This document shows, one piece after another, positions 32,439 to 42,459 of a DNA stretch of 64,000 bases (positions within the stretch are counted from its first letter, which is position 1; each line of letters opens with the position of its first letter). A program made the translations under genes and the position numbers. Under the pieces are notes generated by a model. That model saw only the letters and a program-made list of their open reading frames with translations, did not search any database and had not been told where the DNA came from. Source of the stretch: an uncultured Gemmatimonadales bacterium (GTDB lineage: Bacteria > Gemmatimonadota > Gemmatimonadetes > Gemmatimonadales > GWC2-71-9); NCBI GenBank assembly GCA_963842945.1, contig CAWJIM010000018.1:64001-128000 (forward strand), read 5' to 3'.

Positions 32439-34131
32439 CTAGTGAGAGGAAGCAGGAGTTGCCGCCCCGGCGCCTCGCAGCACTTTGCCCGGCAACGCGC
32501 GGGTTGCCTTTCCCTCCGCGATCACCGGCACCCCGTTCACCAAGACCCAGCGCATGCCTGCACTCAGCTGATTGGGCTTTTCGAAAGTGGCGAGATCTCT
32601 CACGCTGTCCGGATCGAACACCACGATGTCCGCCCACATTCCGGCCTTGAGCACGCCCCGGTCGGCTAGATGCATCCGCTGGGCCGGCAGCGAGCTGAAC
32701 TTGCGGATGGCATCCTCCAGGCTGAGACCGCTTCTCCTCCCGCACATACTTCCGGAGAATCCGGGGGAAGGTGCCGTACGCCCGAGGGTGAGGGTGCTCC
32801 TGTCCCAGGATGCCATCCGGCGCGGTCCCCTCCGAGTCATTGTTGATCGAGACCCAGGGTTGCCGCAGCGCCAGGGTCACGTCGCGTTCGTCCATGCCGA
32901 AGACCGCCACCGAGGTGAAGGCGCGGTCGGCGATCAGCAGATCGAGCAAGGCGTCGAGCGGGTCGGCCTTCTTCTCCCGGGCGATGGCGCCAAGCGTCTT
33001 GCCCTGGAGCGGCAATAACTCCGGATTCTGTACCGCTCCGATCAGGATGGCATCCGGATTGGAAATCTCCTGCCACGCGTTGTTCTCCCACGAGCCCTGC
33101 GTCTCCATGTCCCGTCGGATCCTTTTCCGGGCCGCCGGGTCCTTGAGCCTTTCGATCAGCTTCTCGGTGCCGCCATCGTGCGCCCAGGGTGGCACCATGG
33201 CCGAGAGCGAGTTGAACCAGGCGGTATAGGCATAGGTGTCGGCCGCGATGTCCACCCCCGCCTTCCGCGCCGAATCGATCTTCCCGATAACCTCCGGCAT
33301 TCGTCCAAAGTTGCGCTTCCCGGCCACCTTGATGTGCCAGATCTCCACCGGCAGCTTGGCCTCCCGCCCGATTCGGATGGCTTCATCCAGGGCGGGCAGA
33401 ATCTCGTCCGACTCGGACCGCATGTGGGTGGCATAGCTGCCGCCGTACCGGGAGGCTTCACTCGCCAGGGCAATCAGCTCGTCGGTTTTGGCATAGGGAG
33501 CCGGAGGGTACTGCAAGGAGGTGGAGAGCCCCATCGCTCCCTCTTCCATGGCTTCCCGCACCAGACGGCGCATCTGCTCCAGCTCCTGCGGCGTGGGCGA
33601 TCGATCGTCGTCCCCGATAACTACGCGGCGCACCTGAGTCGCACCCACATAGTCACCCACATTGATGCCGATGCCCTGGCGTTCCAGCCGGGCAAAGTAC
33701 TGGCCCAGGGTCTGCCAATCGGGTGTGATCTTGAGATGGTCGTAGACGAGGCGATCCGCGGCAATGATTCGGGCGTTCAGCGGGGCGACGCTGCTGCCTT
33801 CTCCGGTAAACTCCGTCGTGATCCCCTGAAATATCTTCGACGGCAGGTCGGGCCGGACCAGAATCGTCAGATCCGACTGACCCAGCATATCGATGAAGCC
33901 GGGAGCCACGACCATACCGCGCGCATCGATTGTCTTCCCCGCCTTCGCCCCGAGCACCGGTCCAATTGCCGCGATCTTGCCGTCGCGGATAGCGATATCG
34001 CCCGCATACCAGGGCGAGCCGGTTCCGTCGACGATGTGGCCGTTCCGGATTACGAGGTCGTAGGATTTCTGCTGACCGGCGAGAAGAGCCGGAGTTGCAG
34101 TGATGATGAGAAGCGAGAGAAGCGCGCGCAT
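32439..34131 (-). CDS. secreted D-aminoacylase-family amidohydrolase (frameshift near 32725)
   Basis: Signal peptide, DGTG, APGFID, HPHPRAYGTFPR, ADIVVFD. Confidence 0.9.
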
Positions 34132-34172
34132 ATCCTGGCACGGGTGAGGGTGGAGATCCACTTCAGGAGAGG

Positions 34173-34793
34173 TTAGCGGCTGGCCAGCGCGTAACTCAAC
34201 GTCTCCAGCTCCAGCGCCAGGTTGACCGTCTTGACCACCACATCGTCGGGAACCGAGAGCTGCACCGGCGCGAAGTTCAGAATGGCTTTGATCCTGAGCC
34301 CCACCAGCCGATCGGTCACCCCCTGGGCCACATCACCTGGGACGACGAGCACCGCCATGTCCACTGGCCGGTGCTGCAGCTCCTTCTCCAGAGTCGCGAT
34401 GTCCAGGACCGTGAGCCCGTTCCACTGCCGCCCGATCTTGGCCGGATCGCTGTCGAAGATGGCCACGATATCAAAGCCCCGCTGCTTGAATCCGCGGTAC
34501 TGCACCAGCGCGCTTCCGATCTTCCCTGCCCCGATCATCCCCACCCGGTAGCGGCGCTTGAGTCCGAGGATCTCGCGCAGCCGATCCGCCAGCTCCGGGA
34601 CCGGATATCCCAGCCCGCGTTTGCCAAACGATCCGAAGAACGAGAGATCCTTGCGGACCTGGGCTGAGGTCGTCCCACCTCGCGACGCCAGGGCGCCGGA
34701 GCTTACAGTACCGATACCCTGTCCTTCGAATTCTTCCAGGAAGCGGAGATACAGCGAGAGACGACGGACAGTAGACTCGGCGACTTTGCGCAT
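34173..34793 (-). CDS. rex: redox-sensing repressor Rex
   Basis: RRLSLYLR, QVRKDLSFFG.FG..G.GY, GAGKIG, ILNFAP. Confidence 0.97.
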   Translation of the reverse strand: MRKVAESTVRRLSLYLRFLEEFEGQGIGTVSSGALASRGGTTSAQVRKDLSFFGSFGKRGLGYPVPELADRLREILGLKRRYRVGMIGAGKIGSALVQYRGFKQRGFDIVAIFDSDPAKIGRQWNGLTVLDIATLEKELQHRPVDMAVLVVPGDVAQGVTDRLVGLRIKAILNFAPVQLSVPDDVVVKTVNLALELETLSYALASR

Positions 34794-34807
34794 GCAGCGT
34801 TGGCTTT

Positions 34808-34853
34808 ATGTGAAATGTTTCACAAAGTTACCGCCTCTGCCACCCTCCGTCAA
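34808..34853 (-). promoter_or_regulatory. rex promoter with Rex operator
   Basis: TTGACG-17 bp-TAACTT abutting TTGTGAA-ACAT-TTCACAT (34808-34825). Confidence 0.85.
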
Positions 34854-35622
34854 CGAGTGCATGGTGAAGCCTCACGAAATCAGCGGGACTCAGCATTTCC
34901 GGCCTGGCGGTTGGATCTATGGCCGCACGCTCGAGTCGTTCTCCCGCCCGAGCGGGCTCCCATCCGGTGAGCTCCCGAACCCCGCGGTGGAGCTGCTTCC
35001 GCCGAAATCCGAACAGACCTACGACCATCGCCCGAAAGCTGTGCTGCTGACCCAGCGGGATCAGCGGCTGCTCCAGCGGGGTGAGACGAAGCACCGCCGA
35101 GTCGACTTGCGGCCGGGGATGAAACGCTCCCGCGGAAACAGAAAACAAACGCTCGGCCCTGGCGACGGCCTGCACTCCGATACTGAGTGCGCCATAGGCC
35201 GATGTTCCGGGGCGAGCCGTTACCCGCTCGGCCACTTCCTTCTGCAGCAGAAAGACGATGCGGCGGGGGAGCGGAGGAGTAAGCGCCTTGTCCAGCAGCG
35301 GTGACGTGATGTTGTAAGGGATGTTTCCGGCGACGAGATAGGGCCCCCCTGCGATGCTCCCCCAATCGACTTTGAGCGCGTCGGCCTCGACCAGCTCGAC
35401 GGAGGGAAACCGCGAGCGGAGCGGAGCAATGAGGTCGCGGTCCTTCTCTATGGCAATGACCCGCGCTGCTCTGCTCACAAGTGCGGCGGTGAGGCTGCCC
35501 GGACCGGGGCCGATTTCGAGTACGGTCTCGTCCGGCCTGGCCTCGAGTGCGTCGGCGATGCGGGCCAGAATGCCGGGGTCGGAAAGAAAGTGCTGACCCA
35601 GGCGGCGCTTCGCCCGGGGCAC
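34828..35622 (-). CDS. rsmA: 16S rRNA m6,6A dimethyltransferase
   Basis: LGQHFL, EIGPGPG, GNIPYNI, QKEVAER, PQVDSA. Confidence 0.96.
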   Translation of the reverse strand: MPRAKRRLGQHFLSDPGILARIADALEARPDETVLEIGPGPGSLTAALVSRAARVIAIEKDRDLIAPLRSRFPSVELVEADALKVDWGSIAGGPYLVAGNIPYNITSPLLDKALTPPLPRRIVFLLQKEVAERVTARPGTSAYGALSIGVQAVARAERLFSVSAGAFHPRPQVDSAVLRLTPLEQPLIPLGQQHSFRAMVVGLFGFRRKQLHRGVRELTGWEPARAGERLERAAIDPTARPEMLSPADFVRLHHALVDGGWQRR

Positions 35623-35623
35623 G

Positions 35624-37186
35624 TCAGATCCGCAGGACCAACAGCGTGCGATCGTCGATCGGATCCCCACCGAAGGACTCGGCATCTGCCAGGGCGGCGT
35701 TGACGATCGACTCAACCGGCTCGGTGCGGTGGGCCGCGAGGCTGGCGAGCAGCCGCTCCTCTCCGTAGGCCTCGCCCGCCTCGTTCCGGGCGTCAACTAG
35801 GCCATCGGTCCAGAGCGCCAACAGGTCGTCTCCCGGAATCCAAGGCACCTGGCGGCGCTGTATCGTGCCCATCGCGGCGAGACCCAGCGGAGGCGCCGTG
35901 GCCTCGAGCCGTTCGGGCGGCCCGGAACGCGGAATCCGGAACGCGTGCGGGTGCCCTGCGCTGGCGTAGGACAGCCGCCGGCCGCTAGGGTCGAGCACCC
36001 CGTAGAACACACTGAAATGCATTTCCGTCGTGGCCAGCTCAGTGGCCAGGCTCTCGAGCAGCGCCGTGAGGGTCTCGTCCGGTGTGGTTTCGGCGGCGGC
36101 GTGGATGCCCGCGGCAGACATCACCAGCGCCATCACCAGAGCGGCGGAGAACCCGTGCGAGGCCACGTCGCCCAGCATGACGCCAACCCGGCCCCGTCCC
36201 AAGCGACTGAAGGTGTAGAAATCACCCCCGACCGAATCGGCCGGCAGACATCGCGCCGCCACCTCGGCGTCTCCCTGAAGCACGGAAGGAGAGGGCAGCA
36301 GCTTCAGCTGGAGATCGTGCGCCAGCTCCAGCTCCCGCTGCAGCCGCTGCTGCTGCAGGTCTCGGTCGACCAGCCGGGCGTTCTCGACGGCCGCACCAAT
36401 CTGGTTGGCCACCGCACCCACCAGCTTCCGGTCGTCCAGGGTGAAGCGGTCTCCACCGATGCGGTCGGTCAGGTTGATTACGCCGACGCAGCGAAGTGCG
36501 GCCCCGTCGGTGCCATAGCAGATCGGCACGCTGATGAACGAGTGCCCCCGGTAGCCCCGGGCATCGCCACACTCGGGCGCCACGGAGTCGGGATTGGTTG
36601 GGTCGAAGGTGATGATCCGCTGCTCCCGAAAGACCCGGGCCGCCACCGAGCACTCGTCATCCACTTCGACGGGATCCAGGCCGTGTGTGGCAAAGCCCCG
36701 TGCCGCGGCGGTTCGGAGCGTGCGGGTGGCATCTTCATAGACCATGATCGATGCCCGGCGCGCGCCCACCACCGCGCTCACCTCCCGCACGATGATCTGT
36801 GCCGCCTCCTCCAGCCGTACGGTGCGCCCCAGGATTTCGCTGATGGCATAGAGGAGATCGATTTCCTCGTAGCGGCCGGCCAGTTCTTCCGCCACGTAGG
36901 CCCGCTGCCGTTCCGATTCGAGAAGCGCACCCACTACCGGGCTGACCCGCTGGGCCGCGCGCTCCAGCCCTGCGACATCGCCGTCGGCGATTTCCAGCCA
37001 TACACCGGGTGCGCCCGGGACCGGCTGGAGCCAGGCCTGACCCTCCGTGGTCCTGGTGAGCCCTGGCTTGGCCGGAAGGACAAGCGACCATCCGGGGTCG
37101 GCCCCGGCGACGACCCGGAGACTTCGCTGATCGGCACGCCAGAGCCGCACCCGTCCGTGGACGAGCGCGCCCAATGCGTGCAGCAC
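35624..37186 (-). CDS. GAF + PP2C (SpoIIE/RsbU-like) phosphatase
   Basis: VGGDFY, GDVASHG, SAGH, TDGL, DDRT. Confidence 0.92.
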   Translation of the reverse strand: MLHALGALVHGRVRLWRADQRSLRVVAGADPGWSLVLPAKPGLTRTTEGQAWLQPVPGAPGVWLEIADGDVAGLERAAQRVSPVVGALLESERQRAYVAEELAGRYEEIDLLYAISEILGRTVRLEEAAQIIVREVSAVVGARRASIMVYEDATRTLRTAAARGFATHGLDPVEVDDECSVAARVFREQRIITFDPTNPDSVAPECGDARGYRGHSFISVPICYGTDGAALRCVGVINLTDRIGGDRFTLDDRKLVGAVANQIGAAVENARLVDRDLQQQRLQRELELAHDLQLKLLPSPSVLQGDAEVAARCLPADSVGGDFYTFSRLGRGRVGVMLGDVASHGFSAALVMALVMSAAGIHAAAETTPDETLTALLESLATELATTEMHFSVFYGVLDPSGRRLSYASAGHPHAFRIPRSGPPERLEATAPPLGLAAMGTIQRRQVPWIPGDDLLALWTDGLVDARNEAGEAYGEERLLASLAAHRTEPVESIVNAALADAESFGGDPIDDRTLLVLRI

Positions 37187-37200
37187 GTGATCGAGGCGCC

Positions 37201-37665
37201 CTACCAGCGGCGCAGTATCATGCAGATGGAGTTCCCCTGCGCGTTGAACTGAACAGCGTCGACGAGCTTGCGAATCAGGAAAAGGCCACGCCCGCTTGCC
37301 TCGTCGAGCTGCTCCGGACGAAGTGGCTCGGGTATGGTGGAGGGATCGAACCCAGGCCCTTCGTCGGTGACATAGACGCTAATGGCTTCGGGCCCCAGCT
37401 CGGCCCGAACGTCCACCCACTTGTTGCAGTCTTCGCAGTTGCCCCGCACGATGGCATTGCTGAGTGCCTCGGAGAGCACGACACGGAGCCGAAAGCGGAC
37501 GCTCTCGGTGGCCTCGTGCCCGGCCAGGCAGTGGCGGGTGACCAGCTCGACTGCCTCTTCGATGCAGTTGACGTCGCTCGGAAGCCGCAGCGTTACCAGG
37601 GTTGCGGCCTCGCGCGAGTCCGGCACCGCGGTGCGGCGGACGCAAAGACGAAGCGGCGAGGTCAT
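37201..37665 (-). CDS. anti-sigma factor / RsbW-like kinase
   Basis: EALSNAIVRG, DEGPGFD, GRGLFLI. Confidence 0.9.
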   Translation of the reverse strand: MTSPLRLCVRRTAVPDSREAATLVTLRLPSDVNCIEEAVELVTRHCLAGHEATESVRFRLRVVLSEALSNAIVRGNCEDCNKWVDVRAELGPEAISVYVTDEGPGFDPSTIPEPLRPEQLDEASGRGLFLIRKLVDAVQFNAQGNSICMILRRW

Positions 37666-37674
37666 GCCCTGGAA

Positions 37675-38010
37675 TTAAAAGCTGGACAGGGCCTGCTCGG
37701 GAGTCTCCGTGATGGCGAACAGGGTGTCCAGCTTGGTCAATTCGAACAATGAGCGGAGGTCGTCGTTGAGGCCGGAGAGACGAAGCTCCCCTCCAGCTTC
37801 GCGAATCCGCTTGGAGACGGAGACCAGCGCGCCGAGACCCGACGAGTCGATATAGCCGGTCCGGGAGAAATCCACCAGCAGCCGCCGGTCTCCGCGATCC
37901 AGCGCCGTCTGGACCAGATCCTTGAGCTCGTGCCGATTCCCGATAATCAGTTGTCCATCCACTTTGACGACGGTGACGCCGCCCGAGTCCTTGCTTTCGC
38001 TGAACCCCAT
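37675..38010 (-). CDS. STAS anti-sigma antagonist (RsbV-like)
   Basis: YIDSSGLGAL motif. Confidence 0.92.
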   Translation of the reverse strand: MGFSESKDSGGVTVVKVDGQLIIGNRHELKDLVQTALDRGDRRLLVDFSRTGYIDSSGLGALVSVSKRIREAGGELRLSGLNDDLRSLFELTKLDTLFAITETPEQALSSF

Positions 38011-38028
38011 CCCGGTTAGTCCCTCACT

Positions 38029-38960
38029 TCATGGTTCTCCGCACTGCAACGCCACCATTGCGGTGACCTCGACAATATCGTCCGCGGTGGCGCCCCGCGA
38101 CAGGTCGGCCATGGGCCGGGCCAGCCCCTGAAGGATGGGGCCAATGGCGATGGCGCCTCCCAAACGCTGGACCAGTTTGTAGCCGATGTTGCCGGCATCG
38201 AGATCCGGAAAGACCAGAACATTGGCCCGTCCGGCGACCGCGGAGCCGGGCGCCTTTCGCTCCCCCACCTCCGGACTCAGTGCCGCATCGGCCTGGAGCT
38301 CTCCGTCGCACAGGATGTTTGGGGCCAGCTGCTGAAAATGGGCGGCCGCCTCCTGTACCCGGGCCACGTGGGGTCCACCCGCACTCCCTTTGGTACTATA
38401 AGAGAGAAAGGCCACCCGGGGCGAGTCTCCCACCAGCCGGTGGCGATCGCGGGCAGCGGCAAGCGCGATTTCGGCCAGCTGGCCCGGCGTTGGTTCCGGC
38501 ACCACGGCACAGTCGGTGAAAGTGAGGACCGTGTCACTTCCGGATAGTACCATATAAAAGGAAGAGCTCACCAGACTCATTCCCGGCGCCGTGCCGATGG
38601 CCCACAGTGCCGCCCGAACCACCTCGCCTGTGGGATATACCGCGCCGGCGACACAGCCGTCGGCTTCACCCAATGCCACGAGCGCCGCGCCGAAGTTGAC
38701 CGGATCGGCCGCGACATCGAGGGCGTGGACTCCGTCTCGAATCCGATCCGGCCTCCGCTCTCGGAGAAACGTGGCGATTTTCCCCAGCCGCGGGTCCTTG
38801 GCCGGATCCAGGCCGTCTCCCCCAGAACGATCGGCTCGACCACCTTCCTGGCCCGAAGCTGCTCGATCGCGCTGCGCACCCGCGCGTCCTCGCCCTCACA
38901 AAGGACCACCCGGGCCTTCCGGCGGGCGGCGCGGTCGATCAGCTGGCCTCGGAAGCTCAC
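38029..38960 (-). CDS. pta: phosphate acetyltransferase (frameshift near 38815)
   Basis: EGEDAR, LSYSTKGS, DGELQADAA, FPDLDAGNIGYK, DLSRG. Confidence 0.9.
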
Positions 38961-39439
38961 GAGCGAAACCGCCGGCCCAAGGCCTTGGCTACAGCCGGAT
39001 GCACCAGGGGGCTCACGTCTCCACCGAAGCGGGCGACTTCGCGCACCAGGCTCGAGCTCAGATAGGTCAGGTCCACCGCCGGCACCAGGAATACCGTTTC
39101 CAGTGAAGGGTGGAGCTGGCGATTCATCAACGCCATCTGGGTCTCGTACTCGAAGTCGCTCACCGCCCGCAGGCCTCGAATGATGATGGTGGCGCCCACC
39201 CCCTTGGCGAACTCCGCCAGCAACCCGTCAAAGGACTCGAAGGACACCCGCTGATCGTTACCGACCGCGGCCCGCAGCATGTCCAACCGCTCCTCCACCG
39301 AGAAGAGCGGCTGCTTCATCAGGTTTACCGCCACGGCAACGATCAGCCGGTCGGCCAGTCCCAGGCTGCGCCGAACCAAATCTTCGTGGCCCCGGGTGGG
39401 CGGATCGAAGGAGCCGGGATAGACCGCGATGCGGGTCAT
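38957..39439 (-). CDS. coaD: pantetheine-phosphate adenylyltransferase
   Basis: YPGSFDP..GH, RGLR..SDFEYE, SSSLVRE. Confidence 0.97.
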   Translation of the reverse strand: MTRIAVYPGSFDPPTRGHEDLVRRSLGLADRLIVAVAVNLMKQPLFSVEERLDMLRAAVGNDQRVSFESFDGLLAEFAKGVGATIIIRGLRAVSDFEYETQMALMNRQLHPSLETVFLVPAVDLTYLSSSLVREVARFGGDVSPLVHPAVAKALGRRFRS

Positions 39440-39951
39440 GAGGCGTGACAGAAGGTGATGGCTGTATCGCCGTAGCGCCGGGTGTCGTCGCCGGCGAGCT
39501 GGAGACCGGCCCGGTGCTCGACGGAAAGCATGCGGGCGAAGGGACGGCGGCGGAAGAGCTGCACGAGCTGTGCAGCGTAATCGATGGTGTACGGCGGATC
39601 GGCCAGGACGACATCGAAGGCGTGCTCCGGCAGCCGCTGGACGAAGCGGATGGCATCACCCCGGTGTACCGTCACCCGGTCATCTACGCCGAGGGCAGCG
39701 ATATTGCTCTCCAATGCTTTGAGCGACGGGGGATTCAGCTCCACGAAGGTGGCCGAGCCGGCTCCGCGAGACAAGGCTTCAAGGCCAAGCGCTCCACTGC
39801 CGGCAAACAGATCGAGTACCCGCGCGCCCTCCAGCGCGTCACCCAGGATACTCATCCACGCCTCGCGCACCCGGTCGGAGGTTGGGCGGACCCGGGCGTC
39901 CTTGGGGGCCGCCAGTTTCCGTCCGCCAAACTGACCCCCCACAACTCTCAC
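39436..39951 (-). CDS. rsmD: 16S rRNA m2G966 methyltransferase
   Basis: RPTSDRVRE, DLFAGSG, DPPY. Confidence 0.94.
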   Translation of the reverse strand: MRVVGGQFGGRKLAAPKDARVRPTSDRVREAWMSILGDALEGARVLDLFAGSGALGLEALSRGAGSATFVELNPPSLKALESNIAALGVDDRVTVHRGDAIRFVQRLPEHAFDVVLADPPYTIDYAAQLVQLFRRRPFARMLSVEHRAGLQLAGDDTRRYGDTAITFCHAS

Positions 39952-39988
39952 TATCCTTTGTGTCCTTTGTGCCTTTGTGGTGAAGATT

Positions 39989-41743
39989 TTACGGAGATAT
40001 ATGCGGCGTGAGCGCGCAGAGCCGCGCCTGGAGACTGCTCATGCCGTTCCAGTCGTCGCATTCAATTCGGAAGGCCACGTCGACCGGTTCGTCTCCCAGC
40101 CAGGGCACCCGGTCGGCCCACTGAAACCCGATGGTCCACAACCGGGTGGTGCCGTCATCCAGAGCTCCCTTGAGGTGGCCGTTGCCCACCACACTGCGGC
40201 TGGTGAAGCGCACGCCGCGGATGCCGAACACCGGGCCGGGATTGCCCTGTCCGCAAGGCTCGAGATAGCGGCAGAGCCGCTCGAGGTCCCGGGTGACCTC
40301 GCGCAAGGAGACCTCCAGGTCGACCCGCTGCTCCGGGCCGAGATCGTCCGGACCGAGCGACTGCCGGGCCACATCGCCAAACCGCTCGCGAAAGGCATCC
40401 AGCTGGCCCCGGCGGATGGTCAGTCCGGCCGCCATATGGTGACCGCCGTAGCGCTCGAGCAAGTCGCCACAGGAGAGCAGCGCCGAATGGAGATTGAATC
40501 GGGAGGTGCTCCGCCCTGAGCCTTTGCCGATTTCGCCGTCAAACGCTATCAGAAACGTGGGCCGCCCGTACCGCTCCACCACGCGAGAGGCGACGATGCC
40601 TACGACTCCGGGATGCCAGCCTTCGCCCGACAAGACGAACCCGGCATCGCGCTCGGGGTGGGCGGTACGCTCGACCTGCTCCAGAGCCTCGTCGAGAATG
40701 CGCTGATCCAGCGCCTGACGCTCCGTGTTGAGCGCCTCGAGCTTCTGGGCCAGGGCTGCCGCTTCTGCCGGATCGTCACACAGGAGGAGCCTGAGCCCGT
40801 CGGTGGCGTCGCCCACCCGGCCGGCCGCGTTGAGCCGGGGTCCCAGAATGAAGCCCAGGTGGTGGGCCTTTATCTCTTTGCCGCTGAGGCCGGTGGCGTC
40901 GAGCAGGGCCCGGATGCCGGGCCAGCGGCTCTCGTGCAGCACCTTGAGGCCGTGCTTGACCAGGATGCGATTCTCTCCCTGCAGCGGCACTACGTCGGCC
41001 ACGGTGGCGAGAGCGACCAGATCGAGAAGGTGAAACGGCAGGTTGGCCGGCAATCCCAGGGCCGGCACCAGGGCCTGCACCAGCTTGAAGGCGATGCCCG
41101 TGCCGCAGAGCTGATTGGCGCCGGAAGTGTCGTCTTCCCTTTGCGGATCGATGACCGAGAGCGCCGGCGGCAGCTGTTCTCCCGGCAAGTGGTGATCGGT
41201 CACGACCACATCGATGCCGGCTGACCGGGCGGCAACAACCGTGTCATACGCGGTAATACCGCAGTCGCAGGTGATCACCAGAGAAGCCCCGGCAGCCCGG
41301 GCAGCCTCCAGGCCGGCCGGCCCGAAGTCGTAGCCATCGCGAAGCCGGTGGGGCAGGAATGGGAGCACGTCGGCCCCGGCGACGCGCAAGGCGCGGGTGA
41401 GTAGCGTCGAGGCGCACTGGCCATCGACATCGTAATCGCCATGCACCAGAATGCGGCCGCCCGACCTGATAGTGGAGACGATGGCCTCCACTGCTTCCGC
41501 CATGCCGGCGAGCCGCCACGGGTCGGAGAGCTCAGCCAGGGCGGGACGCAGGAAGCGACGAGCCGCCTCCTCACTATCGTAGCCACGCTGGACCAGCAGC
41601 CCGGCGAGTGCAGTCGGAAGATTGAGCGCGGTGGCGAGCGCCTGAACCTGGGCTGGATCGGGCCGAGGCACGACTCTCCAGCGCAGCACGGGTGGAGGAA
41701 AGACGCTCACCCTGGGGAGTGTATCGGTTTCGGGAGCAGTCAC
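39989..41743 (-). CDS. recJ: ssDNA exonuclease RecJ
   Basis: GDYDVDG, DCG, DHH, PRLNAAGR, GGH..AAG. Confidence 0.96.
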   Translation of the reverse strand: MTAPETDTLPRVSVFPPPVLRWRVVPRPDPAQVQALATALNLPTALAGLLVQRGYDSEEAARRFLRPALAELSDPWRLAGMAEAVEAIVSTIRSGGRILVHGDYDVDGQCASTLLTRALRVAGADVLPFLPHRLRDGYDFGPAGLEAARAAGASLVITCDCGITAYDTVVAARSAGIDVVVTDHHLPGEQLPPALSVIDPQREDDTSGANQLCGTGIAFKLVQALVPALGLPANLPFHLLDLVALATVADVVPLQGENRILVKHGLKVLHESRWPGIRALLDATGLSGKEIKAHHLGFILGPRLNAAGRVGDATDGLRLLLCDDPAEAAALAQKLEALNTERQALDQRILDEALEQVERTAHPERDAGFVLSGEGWHPGVVGIVASRVVERYGRPTFLIAFDGEIGKGSGRSTSRFNLHSALLSCGDLLERYGGHHMAAGLTIRRGQLDAFRERFGDVARQSLGPDDLGPEQRVDLEVSLREVTRDLERLCRYLEPCGQGNPGPVFGIRGVRFTSRSVVGNGHLKGALDDGTTRLWTIGFQWADRVPWLGDEPVDVAFRIECDDWNGMSSLQARLCALTPHISP

Positions 41744-42459
41744 GCTGATCCGCTCGGCTCAGATGGGTACAGAATTGCGCCGCAGGCTTCACATCCGTCT
41801 ATAACCGAACCCGCCTTGATCTGGCTTCGCCGATTCAGCGTCACCGCGGTATGACAACCCCCGCAGGCGCCGCCCACCAGCGGCACCACAACATCGGTGG
41901 ACCGGCTCCGGCGCAGGCGGTCGTAGCGGGTCCGGAGCGGCCGGTCGATGGTGGCAGCACTCAATTCCCGCTCGCGCAGCGCCGCCGCCCGTTCTACCTC
42001 AAGGGCAGCCCGCCGCTGGCCCAGTAAGGCACGTTCTTCGGCCTGAGACGATTCGATCGTCTTCAGGTTGGATTCCTCGGCCTGAACCCTGATCTCCAGC
42101 TGTACTACGCCGTCGGCGGTCCGAACCCAGTCGCCCTCCTCCTTGGCCATGACCGAGCGGGCCAGGTCGAGCTCCGCCATCACTGCTGAGGCCTCCTTGG
42201 AGGTCTTGACCTGGTCCAGCCGCTGCTTGCGCCGGTCCTGCAGCAGGCGATAGCTCTCGATCTTTGCTTCCAGCTCATCGCGCCGCTGCCGCCCGTCCGC
42301 CAGAGCCCGTTGCGCCGCGTCGAGAGTCTCCCGGGCACGCTGCAGTGCCTGATCGAGCGCCGCCGCATTCCGGTCCAGCGCGGTGAGTCGTTGCTCGGCG
42401 TCGTGGAGGACGGCGTCCTTGGCTTGGAGGTCGAGCAGCTTGATGAGATCGGCGTGCAT
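41740..42459 (-). CDS. coiled-coil C4 zinc-ribbon protein
   Basis: Long coiled coil, CGGC..CEACG. Confidence 0.9.
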   Translation of the reverse strand: MHADLIKLLDLQAKDAVLHDAEQRLTALDRNAAALDQALQRARETLDAAQRALADGRQRRDELEAKIESYRLLQDRRKQRLDQVKTSKEASAVMAELDLARSVMAKEEGDWVRTADGVVQLEIRVQAEESNLKTIESSQAEERALLGQRRAALEVERAAALRERELSAATIDRPLRTRYDRLRRSRSTDVVVPLVGGACGGCHTAVTLNRRSQIKAGSVIDGCEACGAILYPSEPSGSA

